The translations under genes were made by a program, and so were the position numbers. The notes beneath the pieces are model-generated. The model ran no database searches. It saw only the letters and a program-made list of their open reading frames with translations, and was not told the DNA's origin. Positions 28,324 to 41,505 of a DNA stretch of 64,000 nucleotides are shown one piece after another. The first letter of the stretch is position 1. Every line of letters starts with the position of its first letter. This stretch comes from Myxococcales bacterium (lineage in GTDB: Bacteria; Myxococcota_A; UBA9042; JABWCM01; BTVJ01), in contig BTVJ01000021.1 of the NCBI GenBank assembly GCA_045863395.1, positions 35,446-99,445 of the forward strand, given 5' to 3'.

Positions 28324-30009
28324 CTACCGCGCGAGCCGCGACACCTGCTCCGCGTACGCCCGCGGCGAGAGCGCCTCGCCGGTGACCGCCCGGGTCAGCT
28401 CACCCCACGACAGCCGCGCGCCGGGCTCGAAGAGGCGCTCCTTCAAGAACGCCCCCACCTTGGGGTCGCCCACGTACACCGCCTCGAAGGGGTCCGCGAC
28501 CTTCTGGACGTCCCGGGCGATGACCGCGTGGACCTGGGCCCCGAACAGCTCCCCCATCATGTAGTTGTGGTAGTAGACCGGCGCCACCACCAGGTGGACC
28601 TTGCTCGCGAAGTCGGGCGCCGTGCGGTCCGGAGGGCGCTTCATGCCCTGGTAGCGCTCGACCAGGTCCCACCACAGGCGCGACAGGTCCTGCTTCGGGT
28701 CGGCGTAGAGCGCCCGCTCGAAGTGGAGCATCACCAGGCACCACCGCGCGAAGGCCAGGGAGTTGAAGGCGACCATCTTGCGGGCCGCCGGGAGCATGGC
28801 GTCCCGCCGCTCGGCGTCGAGCCCCACCATCGCCTCGATCCAGTGGGGGTTCAGCACGAGCTTGTTCAGCATCATGGCGAAGCCCTCGGTGGTCAGCCAG
28901 TGGGAGGGGCCGCGCAGCAGGTACGGCGCCTTGCGATCCTTGAACTTGTCGTAGACCGCGTGGCCCAGCTCGTGGACCATGGTCGAGGCCCAGTCGAACC
29001 CGTCGACCACGTTGGCGAGCACCCGCACGTCCTCCTCCCGGTCGATGTCGGCGCAGAAGGCGTGGGGGGTCTTGCCGGGCTTCTCCTTCAAGTCGCTGCG
29101 CGCGAGCACGTCGTCGACGGGCAGCCCGATGCCCTCGTAGAAGCGCCGCGAGAGCTCGATGACGTCGTGGCCCCCGTAGATTGCCTCGTAGTCCACGTCG
29201 AAGACCTGCGGCGGCTCCTGGAAGAAGAAGTCCTGGTAGTGCCACGGCCGGAGCGCCCCCACCTCGATGCCCAGGCGCGCCGCGAGCCGCGCATCGGCCT
29301 CGCCCTTCAGCGCGAGGAAGGGCTCCCGCGTCACGGCGTCCAGCTCGTCGAACAGCGCGAGCAGCTCCTTCTCCCCCTGCTCGTTGATCTCGAGCGCCAG
29401 TGCGTAGTGGTCGCGGAAGCCCAGGGTGCGGGCCACCTGGTTGCGCAGGTCCACGAGCTCCAGCAGGCTCGCCAGCACCACGGGCCCCACGGCCTTCTGC
29501 CCCTCCCAGGCGGCGCGCAGCTCGCCCTCGTCCTTGGACTCTCGCAGCACCTTCTTCAGCTCGTTCTGCGACAGCTCCTTGCCGCCCACCGTGGCCCGGT
29601 AGGCGTTGAAGGTCTTCTCCGCCTCCCCCTGGAGCTTGTTGATGCGCTGGAGCAGCTCCGCCGGCACCTGCTTGCCGAGCATCTCCCGGTAGAGGATGCC
29701 CACCTGGCGCGCCGTCTCCGGCCGGAGCCGCTCGCGGTCCTTCCAAAAGCCGCGCACCTGCTCGAAGCGCCGCGCGTCGCCCAGGAAGGCGTCCACCGCG
29801 TTCTGCGCGTCCTCGCTCGCCGCGAAGTCGGCGTCCGCCCCCGTGACGCTCGCCTGGTACCACGACAGGTTCACCGCCCGCTGGAGCGGCTTGAGCTGAT
29901 CCACCAGCTTCCCCAACGCCTCACTCACCCGCGCGTCCCGCGACGGGGCGCCCGCGTGCGCCAGCCCACTCCACGCGACGGCCAGCGCCACCACCACCGC
30001 TCGTGTCAT
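28324..30009 (-). CDS. Secreted M2/M3-family zinc metallopeptidase
   Basis: Signal peptide; KPGKTPHAFC, HELGH, TEG, HFERALY, YYHNY. Confidence 0.88.
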   Translation of the reverse strand: MTRAVVVALAVAWSGLAHAGAPSRDARVSEALGKLVDQLKPLQRAVNLSWYQASVTGADADFAASEDAQNAVDAFLGDARRFEQVRGFWKDRERLRPETARQVGILYREMLGKQVPAELLQRINKLQGEAEKTFNAYRATVGGKELSQNELKKVLRESKDEGELRAAWEGQKAVGPVVLASLLELVDLRNQVARTLGFRDHYALALEINEQGEKELLALFDELDAVTREPFLALKGEADARLAARLGIEVGALRPWHYQDFFFQEPPQVFDVDYEAIYGGHDVIELSRRFYEGIGLPVDDVLARSDLKEKPGKTPHAFCADIDREEDVRVLANVVDGFDWASTMVHELGHAVYDKFKDRKAPYLLRGPSHWLTTEGFAMMLNKLVLNPHWIEAMVGLDAERRDAMLPAARKMVAFNSLAFARWCLVMLHFERALYADPKQDLSRLWWDLVERYQGMKRPPDRTAPDFASKVHLVVAPVYYHNYMMGELFGAQVHAVIARDVQKVADPFEAVYVGDPKVGAFLKERLFEPGARLSWGELTRAVTGEALSPRAYAEQVSRLAR

Positions 30010-30120
30010 CGGTTCCTCCTGCTCGCCTCACCGTCGTCCACTCGCGCCCAACCCTAGCGCGGAGACCCTCACCAGGTCCAGCGAGACCCCGCCAGTCGCG
30101 CTCGCGGACCCTCTGTGGGC

Positions 30121-30148
30121 TTGACACTGCCAGCAGCCGCGCTACGGT
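30121..30148 (+). promoter_or_regulatory. Candidate sigma70 promoter
   Basis: TTGACA-N16-TACGGT upstream of the 30232 gene. Confidence 0.4.
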
Positions 30149-30231
30149 GGCGCCCCAGAAGCGCGGAGAGCGGACCCCGCCACCTTCAAGCCCCAGGGGG
30201 ACCGGTCGCCGACCAAACCGAGGAGTCCATC

Positions 30232-31269
30232 ATGAGTCGAGCCCTTGCAGGCGCCCTGGTTGCGGCGCTGACCCTGTCCGGGCCCCTTGCCATGGCGCAG
30301 GACATCATCGAGGACGACCTGAAGAAGCAGGTCACCGAGACCCCTGCTGAGTCCGCGGACGGCTGGAAGCTGGGCCTCAACCTGGGCAGCACCATCTCGT
30401 TCAATCACAACAGCAACGTGGTCGGCGTCGCCGACGGCATCAATTTTCAGATCGGGGTGCTCCTCGGCGCCTTCGCGAACCTCCGCGCGGGCCAGCACGA
30501 GTGGCTCAACTCGCTGGATCTGAAAGAGACCTTCACCAAGACCCCGACCATCGACCAGTTCCTCAAGTCCAACGACGAGCTGGTCCTCAAGACCACCTGG
30601 CTCTACCACATCGAAGACCTGGACTGGCTCGGCCCCTTCGTGCGCGCCGCCATGAACGCGCAGGTCTTCCCGGGCTACGACGCGCGCCCCGACGACGTGG
30701 TCCTGCGCAAGACGCTGACCGACGGAACAGTGACCCAAGACACCGTCGAGGGGCAGCACGCCATCACGCTGACCGGCGCCTTCGAGCCCACCAAGCTCAA
30801 GGAGGTCGCCGGCCTCTTCGCCAACCCCGTGGACATGGAGTCGGCGCGCCTCCAGGTGCAGCTCGGCGTCGGGAGCACGCAGACCTTTACCGACGGCGGC
30901 TTCGTGGTGACCGACGACGACAAGACCCCGGAGCTGGAGCTGACCCAGCTCGAGGACTACATCCAGGTGGGCGCCGAGCTGGAGATCACGCTGGGCGGCA
31001 AGCTCCAGAAGATCATCGCCTGGGGCGTCAACGCCTCGTTCTTCCAGCCCTTCTACTCTACGGAGGAGCGCGGCCTGTCGGGCGTGGATCTCATGACCAT
31101 CGGGGTGGCGGCCAACCTGTCCGTGAAGCTCGCCGAGTGGGCGTCCCTCGACTACGTGCTGACTGCGAAGCGCGAGCCCCTGATCCTCGACGAGTGGCAG
31201 GTCGCCAACGGCCTGCTGTTCACTGCGGGCTTCAGCGTCTTCGATCCCGAGCCCGCGCCGGCGCCCTAG
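30232..31269 (+). CDS. Outer-membrane beta-barrel protein (DUF3078/DUF481-like)
   Basis: GAGGAG RBS, signal peptide, alternating amphipathic strands, KSNDEL motif, aromatic near the C-terminus. Confidence 0.7.
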   Translation: MSRALAGALVAALTLSGPLAMAQDIIEDDLKKQVTETPAESADGWKLGLNLGSTISFNHNSNVVGVADGINFQIGVLLGAFANLRAGQHEWLNSLDLKETFTKTPTIDQFLKSNDELVLKTTWLYHIEDLDWLGPFVRAAMNAQVFPGYDARPDDVVLRKTLTDGTVTQDTVEGQHAITLTGAFEPTKLKEVAGLFANPVDMESARLQVQLGVGSTQTFTDGGFVVTDDDKTPELELTQLEDYIQVGAELEITLGGKLQKIIAWGVNASFFQPFYSTEERGLSGVDLMTIGVAANLSVKLAEWASLDYVLTAKREPLILDEWQVANGLLFTAGFSVFDPEPAPAP

Positions 31270-31270
31270 C

Positions 31271-34015
31271 TCAGCCGCCCGCCCCGTCGACCACCTCCCG
31301 TACCGCCCGCGCGAGCTGCTCCGGCGAGAAGGGCTTGTGCAGCACCGGCGCGTCCAGGCGCTCCACCCGCATCCCGGCGGTCTGCCCGTACCCGGTCACG
31401 TAGAGCACGCGCGCACTCGGGCGTGAGGCCCGCACGCTCGCGGCCACCTCGGGACCGCTCAGCTTCGGCATCACGACGTCGGCCACGAGCACGTGGATGT
31501 CGCCCGGGTGGTCCGCGGCCATGCTGAGGGCCTCCATGCCGCTTGCGGCCACCAGGACGCGATAGCCGCGGTCGGACAGCGCGCGGCGCATCAGGCGACG
31601 CACGGAGGGCTCGTCCTCTACGCACAGCACCGTCTCAGCCCCTGCGAACGGCAGGTGACCCGGCTGGACGATCGCGCCAGATGGCAGATCAGTCTCCAGC
31701 AGCGGCAGATACAGGGCCATGGTCGTCCCCTCCCCCGGCGCGGTCTCCACCTCGACGAAGCCCCCCGACTGCATGACGAAGCCGTAGACCGCCGAGAGCC
31801 CGAGGCCCGCCGCCTGTCCGAGGGGCTTCGTCGTGAAGAAGGGCTCGAACATGCGCCGGCGGGTCTCCTCACTCATCCCGACGCCGTCGTCCACGACGGA
31901 CAGCACCGCGTACCGGCCCGGCGCGGCGTCGGGGTGCATGGAGGCCTCGGCCTCCCCCACCTCCGCGACACGCGTGCGAAGGGACAGGCGCCCGCCCTCC
32001 GTCATGGCGTCCCGCGCGTTGATCACCAGGTTGGTCAGGATCTGCTCGAGCTGCCCCGGGTCGGTCTTGACCCGCGGCGCCGGGTCGCACAGGTCCAGGC
32101 CGAGCCTGATCCGATCCCCGGCGAGCCTCAGGATCGTGGGCTCCAGGCGCTCCAGGACGTGATTCAGGTCCACGACGCGAGGCGCGAGGACCTGCTGGCG
32201 GCTGAAGGCGAGGAGCTGCTTCGTGAGCTGGGTCCCGCGACGACCCGCGGCGAGGATCTCTCGGATGTCGGCGTGCACCGGGTCGGACTCGGGCACCGCG
32301 TCGAGCAGCAGCTCGCTGTAGCCGACCACGGTCGTCAGCAGGTTGTTGAAGTCGTGGGCGATCCCGCCGACGAGGCGCCCGATGGCCTCCAGCCGCTGCG
32401 CCTCCCGGAGCTGCCCCTCCAGGCGTGTGCGCTCCGACACGTCGTTGACCATCACGATGCGGGCGTCCCTGCCCTGGATCCGCACCGGGTGGGAAACCAC
32501 CTCCACCTCGAAGACGGCGCCGTCCTTCCTCCGGTGCCGCCACGGGCTGGCGCTCGCAAACGGGAGGTCTCCGAGGCTGCTCATCATCTCCTCGACGGGC
32601 ACCGCGTCGTCTGGAGGGCGGATGTCTCGTGCCGTCATGGCGCGGAACTCGTCGCGGGTCCACCCGTACTGCCGGACGGCCGTCTCGTTGACGTCGAGGA
32701 ACGCCAGGGTATCGGAGGCCATGATGAGGATGGGAGACGGGCTCTGCTGGAACAGGGTGCGGTAGCGCTCCTCGGACTCCCGCAAGGCCGCCTCGGCGGC
32801 GCGGCGCTGGCTGACGTCCCGCACCAGGCTCAAGACCGTGCCGTCCCGCATGGGCACGAAGCGCGCCTCCCAGTCACGAGCGCCGAGCGCCGCGGCGCCG
32901 CGCAGCTCGACGGCCTCCGTGATACCGTGCACGGCGGCTCGGGCGACACGGTCGCGCACGGCTTGCGCCTGCTCAGGGGCCACGAGCTGGTCCAGTGAGC
33001 GCCCAGCGAGCATGGGGATGGCCGGGTCCAGGGCGCTTCCGTGTTGCTCGAGGACCCGCCCGTCGGGAGAGACGCGGAAGATCAGGTCCGGGATTCCGCT
33101 CAACAGCGCGCGCTCCCGGAACTCGGTGACGGCAAGCGCTCGGGCCATGCTGCGGGTCGAGGCCAGGGCCCCCGCCAGGACGAGCGAGGACACGGCCGCG
33201 ACGGACACCAGGCTCTGTAGGAGGATCAGCTTGGACCGCGGGTCCGTGTGCGCGAGCGGCCCCAGGCCGGCCATCGTGCACACGGCCGCCACCATCCCCG
33301 CCACGAAGGAGGCGGACGCGGCCCCCCGGGGGCCGTGCCGGACGGCGCTCCAGACCAGGAACGGCACCAGGACGAAGGCCAGCGGGTAGCTGGTGTTCCG
33401 GAAGGGGAGGACGTCCGTGAAGGTGACGGTCGTCGTCGCGGCGAGGGTGAGGAGCAGGACGCCCAGCTCCCAGCCGGGGCCGGGCACCACCTCTCCGCGG
33501 TTGACCCAGGTGAAGGCGACCGGGGCGACCACCAGGATGCCGATGAAGTCACCGAGCCACCACATGCCCCACAGCGCGGGGAGGTCCCCGGCAGGGACTC
33601 CCCCCACGCTCGCCAGCGCGAGGACGCCTCCCGTGGCGCCGACCAGCGCCATGAGCGGCGCGGCGACGGCGACCAGCACCACGGCGCTGCGCACGTCGCC
33701 CAGGGAGGGGTTGAACAGGCCGGCGGCCCGCAGCACCCGCGCGCCGAAGAGCACCTCGGCCGCGGCAGTGGCGGCGCCGATGGCCGCGGCGAGCGCCGGG
33801 GCCCTCGCGGACGCGGCGGCGAGCACCGCGCCCAGGATGACGCCCGGCAGCAGGCGCTCCCCCCACCGGTACACGAGAGCCAGCACGACGCCGGAGGACA
33901 AGCAGATGGTGGGGATGGCTCCGGGAACGGCCGCGACGAGATCACCGGCGCGCGCAGCCGTCCACCAGGCGACAGCGACGCCGATGCTCCCCAGGATTGT
34001 CCGTCCACGCTCCAC
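31271..34015 (-). CDS. MASE1-PAS-PAS hybrid histidine kinase with receiver domain
   Basis: WWLGDFIG (MASE1); two PAS domains; IAHDFNNLL, NLVINARDA, DDGVG, FFTTK, GLGLS; receiver VEDE..DVVMP..KPF. Confidence 0.92.
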   Translation of the reverse strand: MERGRTILGSIGVAVAWWTAARAGDLVAAVPGAIPTICLSSGVVLALVYRWGERLLPGVILGAVLAAASARAPALAAAIGAATAAAEVLFGARVLRAAGLFNPSLGDVRSAVVLVAVAAPLMALVGATGGVLALASVGGVPAGDLPALWGMWWLGDFIGILVVAPVAFTWVNRGEVVPGPGWELGVLLLTLAATTTVTFTDVLPFRNTSYPLAFVLVPFLVWSAVRHGPRGAASASFVAGMVAAVCTMAGLGPLAHTDPRSKLILLQSLVSVAAVSSLVLAGALASTRSMARALAVTEFRERALLSGIPDLIFRVSPDGRVLEQHGSALDPAIPMLAGRSLDQLVAPEQAQAVRDRVARAAVHGITEAVELRGAAALGARDWEARFVPMRDGTVLSLVRDVSQRRAAEAALRESEERYRTLFQQSPSPILIMASDTLAFLDVNETAVRQYGWTRDEFRAMTARDIRPPDDAVPVEEMMSSLGDLPFASASPWRHRRKDGAVFEVEVVSHPVRIQGRDARIVMVNDVSERTRLEGQLREAQRLEAIGRLVGGIAHDFNNLLTTVVGYSELLLDAVPESDPVHADIREILAAGRRGTQLTKQLLAFSRQQVLAPRVVDLNHVLERLEPTILRLAGDRIRLGLDLCDPAPRVKTDPGQLEQILTNLVINARDAMTEGGRLSLRTRVAEVGEAEASMHPDAAPGRYAVLSVVDDGVGMSEETRRRMFEPFFTTKPLGQAAGLGLSAVYGFVMQSGGFVEVETAPGEGTTMALYLPLLETDLPSGAIVQPGHLPFAGAETVLCVEDEPSVRRLMRRALSDRGYRVLVAASGMEALSMAADHPGDIHVLVADVVMPKLSGPEVAASVRASRPSARVLYVTGYGQTAGMRVERLDAPVLHKPFSPEQLARAVREVVDGAGG

Positions 34016-34165
34016 GGGCTACGACACCCCTCCCCGGGCTCGCGCCGAGAGCGCCCCGCGGAGCCAAGCCAGGCGCCGACGGGCTTCGAGCGAGACCCGA
34101 AGATCACCTACGGCATCTCCGGCCAATCCCTGGAGGACTTTCTCATCGTCGACGACACGATCCGC

Positions 34166-36756
<2,591 letters not shown>

Positions 36757-36757
<1 letters not shown>

Positions 36758-37680
36758 CAGCCCTGGAGCCTCAGCGCGCCGGGGAGGATCTCGAAGGTGG
36801 CCGGCAGGCGCCCGGGGGTCTCGCCGTCCACGTCGAGCAGCACCTCGTCCGCCGACTCGGCGCGGACGTGGGTGCCCGACTCCACGATGACGCCGGGCAT
36901 GTCGACGTGGGTGCCCTTGTAGATGCGCGAGCTGAGGGCGATCTTGCCGCCGAGGGACAGGTCTCCCAGGACGACCACCTCCAGGCGGCCGTCGTCGATG
37001 CGGGCCGCTGGCGCCACGTGCATCCCGCCGCCGAAGTAGCGGCCGTTGCACACCGCGACGTTGAAGATCGGCAGCTCCATCTCCACGCGCCCGTGGTCGA
37101 TGGAGAGGCGCACCCGCTGGTTGCGGTAGCGCATCATGGCCCGCAGGGACGCCACGAAGAAGGACACGCGGCCCCCGAGGCGCTTGCTCGCCGCGTTGAC
37201 GATGCGGTCCACGAGGCCGCTCATGCCGAAGCTCGCGATGTTGACGAACATCTGGGCGCGCTCGGCGCCGTCGTGGTCCACGTGCGCGATGCGGCCCACG
37301 TCGATGGTGCGCACGGGGGCGTCGAGCGCCACGGCGAGGGCCTCCAGGGGGTCGTCGGGCAGGGCGAGCACCCGGCGGAAGTCGCCGCCGGTGCCGCTCG
37401 GGACGAGGCAGAGGACGGCCTCGGGGGCGATGGCGGCGCCGCGCTCGTCGAAGAACCCGTTGACCACCTCGTTGTTGGTGCCGTCCCCGCCGATGGCGAT
37501 CACGCGCTCTGCGCCGGCCCGCAGCGCCTCGCGCACCAGGGTCGTCGCGTGGCCTGGCCCGCTCGTCAGGCGGTTCTCGGCGCCGGGCACGGCCCGCTCG
37601 ATGGCGGCGTGCAGCGCCGGCCACGTGCGCCCGGCGCGGCCATGCCCGGCGTTGGGGTTGACGACGACGACGGTCCTCAT
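36757..37680 (-). CDS. Diacylglycerol/lipid kinase (YegS/Rv2252/BmrU family)
   Basis: VNPNAG, GGDGT, PSGTGGDF, NGRYFGGG, DVDGE. Confidence 0.92.
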
Positions 37681-38759
37681 GCGACCCCCAAGGCGCGGGC
37701 GACCAGGCCCACGCCGCTCAAGACGGGCAGCTCGCCGCGGGCCGCCAGGTGGAGCCGACAGGACGGGTCGAAGGTCACCAGGGCCTGCGCACCAGCGTCG
37801 CGGGCCATGGCGAGCACGTCGCTCGCGGCCTGGGCGGCTCCGTCGGGGTTCGTGCGCTCCCAGCCGCCCGAGGCGCCGCAGCAGTGGGTCGCGTCGCCGG
37901 ACCAGCGCAGGGTGATCGGGGCGTGGCCCGTCACCCGCTCGACGACGGATCGCGCCTGCTCCACGAGGCCGAAGCGCCGCGCCAGGTGGCAGGAGTCGTG
38001 GAGCGCCACCTGCTCACCCAGGGGGCGAAACGTGGCCGTGCCGAGACGCTCGGCGATGACCTGGAGCACGGGCCGCACGGGAGTCCCGAGGCTGACACCC
38101 GCGTGCTCGTAGAGATCGCGTAGGGTGTGGGCGCAGGTGCCCGGCCCCACCAGCACGACCTGGTGCCCCGTGAGACCGGCGGCGAAGGCGGCGGCGGCCT
38201 GGGCCAGCTCGGGCAGCGCTCCCGCCGCCCACTGCGGGTAGCCGCAGCAGCGGGAGGGCCCGATGGATACGTCGAAGCCCAGCTCCTCCAGCACCGCCAG
38301 GGTGGCGCGCACCTCTGCCGGGTCGTTGACGACCACGTCGCAGCCGGGCACGTAGACGGCGTGGGCGAGCGTGCGGTTGCGCTCCTCGTGGATGGCAGAG
38401 AAGGGCTCCGTTGCGAGCGCGATGGCCGCGGAGTCCCGCGCGAGCGCTGCGGGCGAGACGGGGGCCAGCCCCGCCCGGACCGCCCCCGCCCGCGCGTGGA
38501 AGAGCGTCGCCGAGACGTCGACGCCGTGCTTGCAGGCCGACGTGCAGGCCTGGCACCCCGTGCATTGCCACAGCACGCTCGCCGTGTCCCGGTCCTGGGC
38601 GACCGTCCCCTGCGTCACCCAGCGCACCAGCGACATCTTGGCCCACGGCGCCAGGGACGAGCGGCGCGTCGCGTTGGACACGGGGCAGGCGTGCAGGCAC
38701 AGGTTCGGGCAGTAGGAGCAGTAGGAGAGATCGCGCTCCTGGCTGGTGCCGTGCTTCAT
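37677..38759 (-). CDS. Fe-S protein with 4Fe-4S dicluster and CCG domains (GlcF/HdrD-like)
   Basis: CSYCPNLC..CP, CTGCQAC..C, PGC, CCG, HDSC, CCGA. Confidence 0.88.
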   Translation of the reverse strand: MKHGTSQERDLSYCSYCPNLCLHACPVSNATRRSSLAPWAKMSLVRWVTQGTVAQDRDTASVLWQCTGCQACTSACKHGVDVSATLFHARAGAVRAGLAPVSPAALARDSAAIALATEPFSAIHEERNRTLAHAVYVPGCDVVVNDPAEVRATLAVLEELGFDVSIGPSRCCGYPQWAAGALPELAQAAAAFAAGLTGHQVVLVGPGTCAHTLRDLYEHAGVSLGTPVRPVLQVIAERLGTATFRPLGEQVALHDSCHLARRFGLVEQARSVVERVTGHAPITLRWSGDATHCCGASGGWERTNPDGAAQAASDVLAMARDAGAQALVTFDPSCRLHLAARGELPVLSGVGLVARALGVA

Positions 38760-39902
38760 CTACAGGCTCCCCAGCAGGTTGTGCGGGTCGAGGGCGAGCT
38801 TCAGGCGCTGGAGGTACTTCTGGTTCACTCCCCGCGGCGTGGACCCGAGGGGGCCGTCCGGCGCGGCCACCTCTGGCGGGACCCGATCAGCCGTCGCCAC
38901 CTGCGCGGTGTGGGAGTCGAAGCGATCCACGCGCAGGGCACGGCGGGTGGGGGCCGCCGCCCACGCATCCAGCAGCCGCGCCACCTGGGGCAGGGTCAGG
39001 CGGGCGCGGTGCTTCGCGTCGTCGATGACCGGCGGCGAGGGCAGCATGGGCAGCTCGCTGAGCGCCACCGGGATGCACGAAGCGCGAGCGGCCTGCTCCG
39101 CGACGGCGGTGTCCGTCCCCCAGAGCGAGAGGAGGAGCGTCGCCGACCCGTCCGGGCGCCCGGTCAGCTCGATGAGGTGCGGCCGGCAGCAGGTGCGGAG
39201 GAGCGCGCCGACTCCCCGGACGACGGCGCCCGGATCGCGGGTATCGGCCGTGAGAACGAGGCGTGCGGCGGGCCTCGGGAAGACCCGCAGGGTGGCGCCG
39301 GTGACCACGCCGATGCGACCGAAGGTGCCGAGCGCGAGGGAGGTCAGATCGGGGCCGGTCGCGCGCCGCGGAGACAAGCGGGACCACGCGCGGCTCCCAT
39401 CGGGGAGCACCACGGTCAGCGCCCGGACGGCGGCAGCCACGCCGCCGTGGGCGGGCCCCCACCGATCCTCGACGGCCCCGGCGAGCACCCCGCCGAGGGT
39501 GTGCGGGTCGGACCAGGCGGGGGACCAGCCGAGCGTCAGGCGCCGCTCTGCGAGCCGGCTCTCCAGGACCGCGACGGAGATGCCGGTCTGCACGGTGACC
39601 AGGCTGCTCGCCACGTCGATGGACACGACGCTGCCCATGGTGGTGGTGTCGATGCGGATGACGCCGCCGGGACGCACGCGGGTGCCACCGAAGCCCTGGG
39701 TGCCACCGACGGCGACGGGCACGATGAAGCGCTCGGCGACCTGGAGGGTCCGGCAGACCTCCTCCTCGCCGTGGGGGGAGGCGACGATGCTCCAGGCACC
39801 CGAGTCCATACGGTCCCACTCGGCGCCCGGGGGGTGCACCTGGAGGCGCCCGCTCGGGAAGTGCCGGACCAGATCCGCCATGACGTCAGCCAGCCGTGCC
39901 AC
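38760..39902 (-). CDS. FAD-binding PCMH oxidoreductase, divergent subunit (GlcE-like)
   Basis: TLGGVLA, TGPDL, GTFGRIGVVT, LKLALDP; lacks the C-terminal His cluster. Confidence 0.8.
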   Translation of the reverse strand: MARLADVMADLVRHFPSGRLQVHPPGAEWDRMDSGAWSIVASPHGEEEVCRTLQVAERFIVPVAVGGTQGFGGTRVRPGGVIRIDTTTMGSVVSIDVASSLVTVQTGISVAVLESRLAERRLTLGWSPAWSDPHTLGGVLAGAVEDRWGPAHGGVAAAVRALTVVLPDGSRAWSRLSPRRATGPDLTSLALGTFGRIGVVTGATLRVFPRPAARLVLTADTRDPGAVVRGVGALLRTCCRPHLIELTGRPDGSATLLLSLWGTDTAVAEQAARASCIPVALSELPMLPSPPVIDDAKHRARLTLPQVARLLDAWAAAPTRRALRVDRFDSHTAQVATADRVPPEVAAPDGPLGSTPRGVNQKYLQRLKLALDPHNLLGSL

Positions 39903-41505
39903 CGCGCCTCCCCTTGTGATACCGCCCGGCGAAGACCTTTCCCGGGTTCATGATGCCGTTGGTGTCGAAGGTGCGCTTCAGCGCGGCAAAGATGCGCTCG
40001 CCCTGGCCGTGCTCCTCAGCCATGAGGGCTCGCTTGGACAGGCCGACCCCGTGGTGGTGCGAGAGCGTGGCCCCCTCCTCGGACGCCGCCCGCTGCGCCT
40101 CGGACCAGACGCGGTCATAGAGCAGCTCCAGGTCCTCGGAGGCGGGGCGAAAGCCCGCGAAGGTGAAGTAGATCGAGCACCCCTCCCGGTAGGCGTGGGA
40201 GAAGTGGGCCATGATGAAGCCGTGGGCCGAGACGCGCGCCCGCACGGCGTCATAGACGGCCGCGACGCGGCTCCACGGGCAGGCGACCTCCATGGTGTCG
40301 CTGAATGCCCCGGCCGTGAACACCTTGGACTGCTTGAAGGACACGTCGTAGCGGTGCTCGTACCAGTGCTTGCCCGGCTCCTCGCCCTCGTCGGAGGCGC
40401 CGCTCGCCGCCAGGATGGCCTGCGCCTCGGCCATGCGGGTGCGGACGGTGGCCTCCTCCCCCTCGAAGCCCACGATGAGGCGGGCCCCCACCGGCACCAG
40501 CCCCGCCACCCGGTTGAGCAGCGCGGGGTGGGTGAGGGCCGCATGCAGGGCCTCCTTCTGGAGGGACTGGCGGAGAGGCTGGAGCCGCTCGTGGAGCAGC
40601 CGGGAGAGGCCGCTCGGCGCCTCCGACGGGGAGGGGCGAAGGAACCGCAAGAGCGCGTCGATGCCGCGGGAGTCGTCCTTGTCGCCCTTCCCGCCGGCGA
40701 TCAGCGTGTCGAAGGGGTCGTAGAGCCGCAGCACCGACGGCGCGAGGCCCGCCTGCATGACGCGGCGCATGCCCTCCAGGCCGTCGCCCACGGACCGGAA
40801 GCGCATGCCACGGAATGATCGCACCGCCGGGGCCGGGTGGATGCGCAGGAGCACCCGGGTGATCACGCCCAGGGTGCCCTCGGACCCGACGAACAGGGGC
40901 GTCCAGTCCACGGCGCCGTCCAGGGGGCCGAGCTCCCCCATGTGCAGCACGTCCCCGTTGGCGAGCACCACCTCCAGGCCGAGGACCATGTCCTCGATCT
41001 TGCCGTACATGCTGGAGAGCTGCCCCGCTGACCGCGCCGCCACCCAGCCGCCGACCGTCGAGCAGAGGATCGACGAGGGGAAGTGGCCGAGGGTGAAGCC
41101 CCTCTCGGAGAGCGCCTGCTCCAGCAGGTGGCCGACGACGCCGGCGCCCACGTCGAGGGTCAGGGACTCCCCGTGGATCCTGTAGATGGCGTCCAGCCGC
41201 CGCACGTCGACCACGACGCCCCCGCTGATGGGGACCGTCCCGCCGCACACACCGGAGCCCGCGCCGTAGGGGACGACAGGGATGCGCTCGTCGTTACAGA
41301 GGCGCAGCACGGCGGCCACTTCATCTACGGACGCCGGCCACACCACGCAGTCCGGCGGGTGGCGGCAGACGACGCCCCGGGACTTCCAGATCTGGAGCCG
41401 CGGCCACATATCGCCGCTGTAGGTCACGCGATCCGGCTCGGAGCGCGACACGGACCCCGGCCCCACGATGGCGGCGAGGCGCTCGACCAGCTCAGCAGGC
41501 TCCAC
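39886..41505 (-). CDS. FAD-linked oxidoreductase, alkyl-dihydroxyacetonephosphate synthase-like
   Basis: PYGAGSGVCGG, TLGHFPSS..STVGGW, GQLSSMYGKIED, GSEGTLG, AHFSHAY, LSHHHGVG, MNPGK. Confidence 0.85.
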   Translation of the reverse strand: MEPAELVERLAAIVGPGSVSRSEPDRVTYSGDMWPRLQIWKSRGVVCRHPPDCVVWPASVDEVAAVLRLCNDERIPVVPYGAGSGVCGGTVPISGGVVVDVRRLDAIYRIHGESLTLDVGAGVVGHLLEQALSERGFTLGHFPSSILCSTVGGWVAARSAGQLSSMYGKIEDMVLGLEVVLANGDVLHMGELGPLDGAVDWTPLFVGSEGTLGVITRVLLRIHPAPAVRSFRGMRFRSVGDGLEGMRRVMQAGLAPSVLRLYDPFDTLIAGGKGDKDDSRGIDALLRFLRPSPSEAPSGLSRLLHERLQPLRQSLQKEALHAALTHPALLNRVAGLVPVGARLIVGFEGEEATVRTRMAEAQAILAASGASDEGEEPGKHWYEHRYDVSFKQSKVFTAGAFSDTMEVACPWSRVAAVYDAVRARVSAHGFIMAHFSHAYREGCSIYFTFAGFRPASEDLELLYDRVWSEAQRAASEEGATLSHHHGVGLSKRALMAEEHGQGERIFAALKRTFDTNGIMNPGKVFAGRYHKGRRGGTAG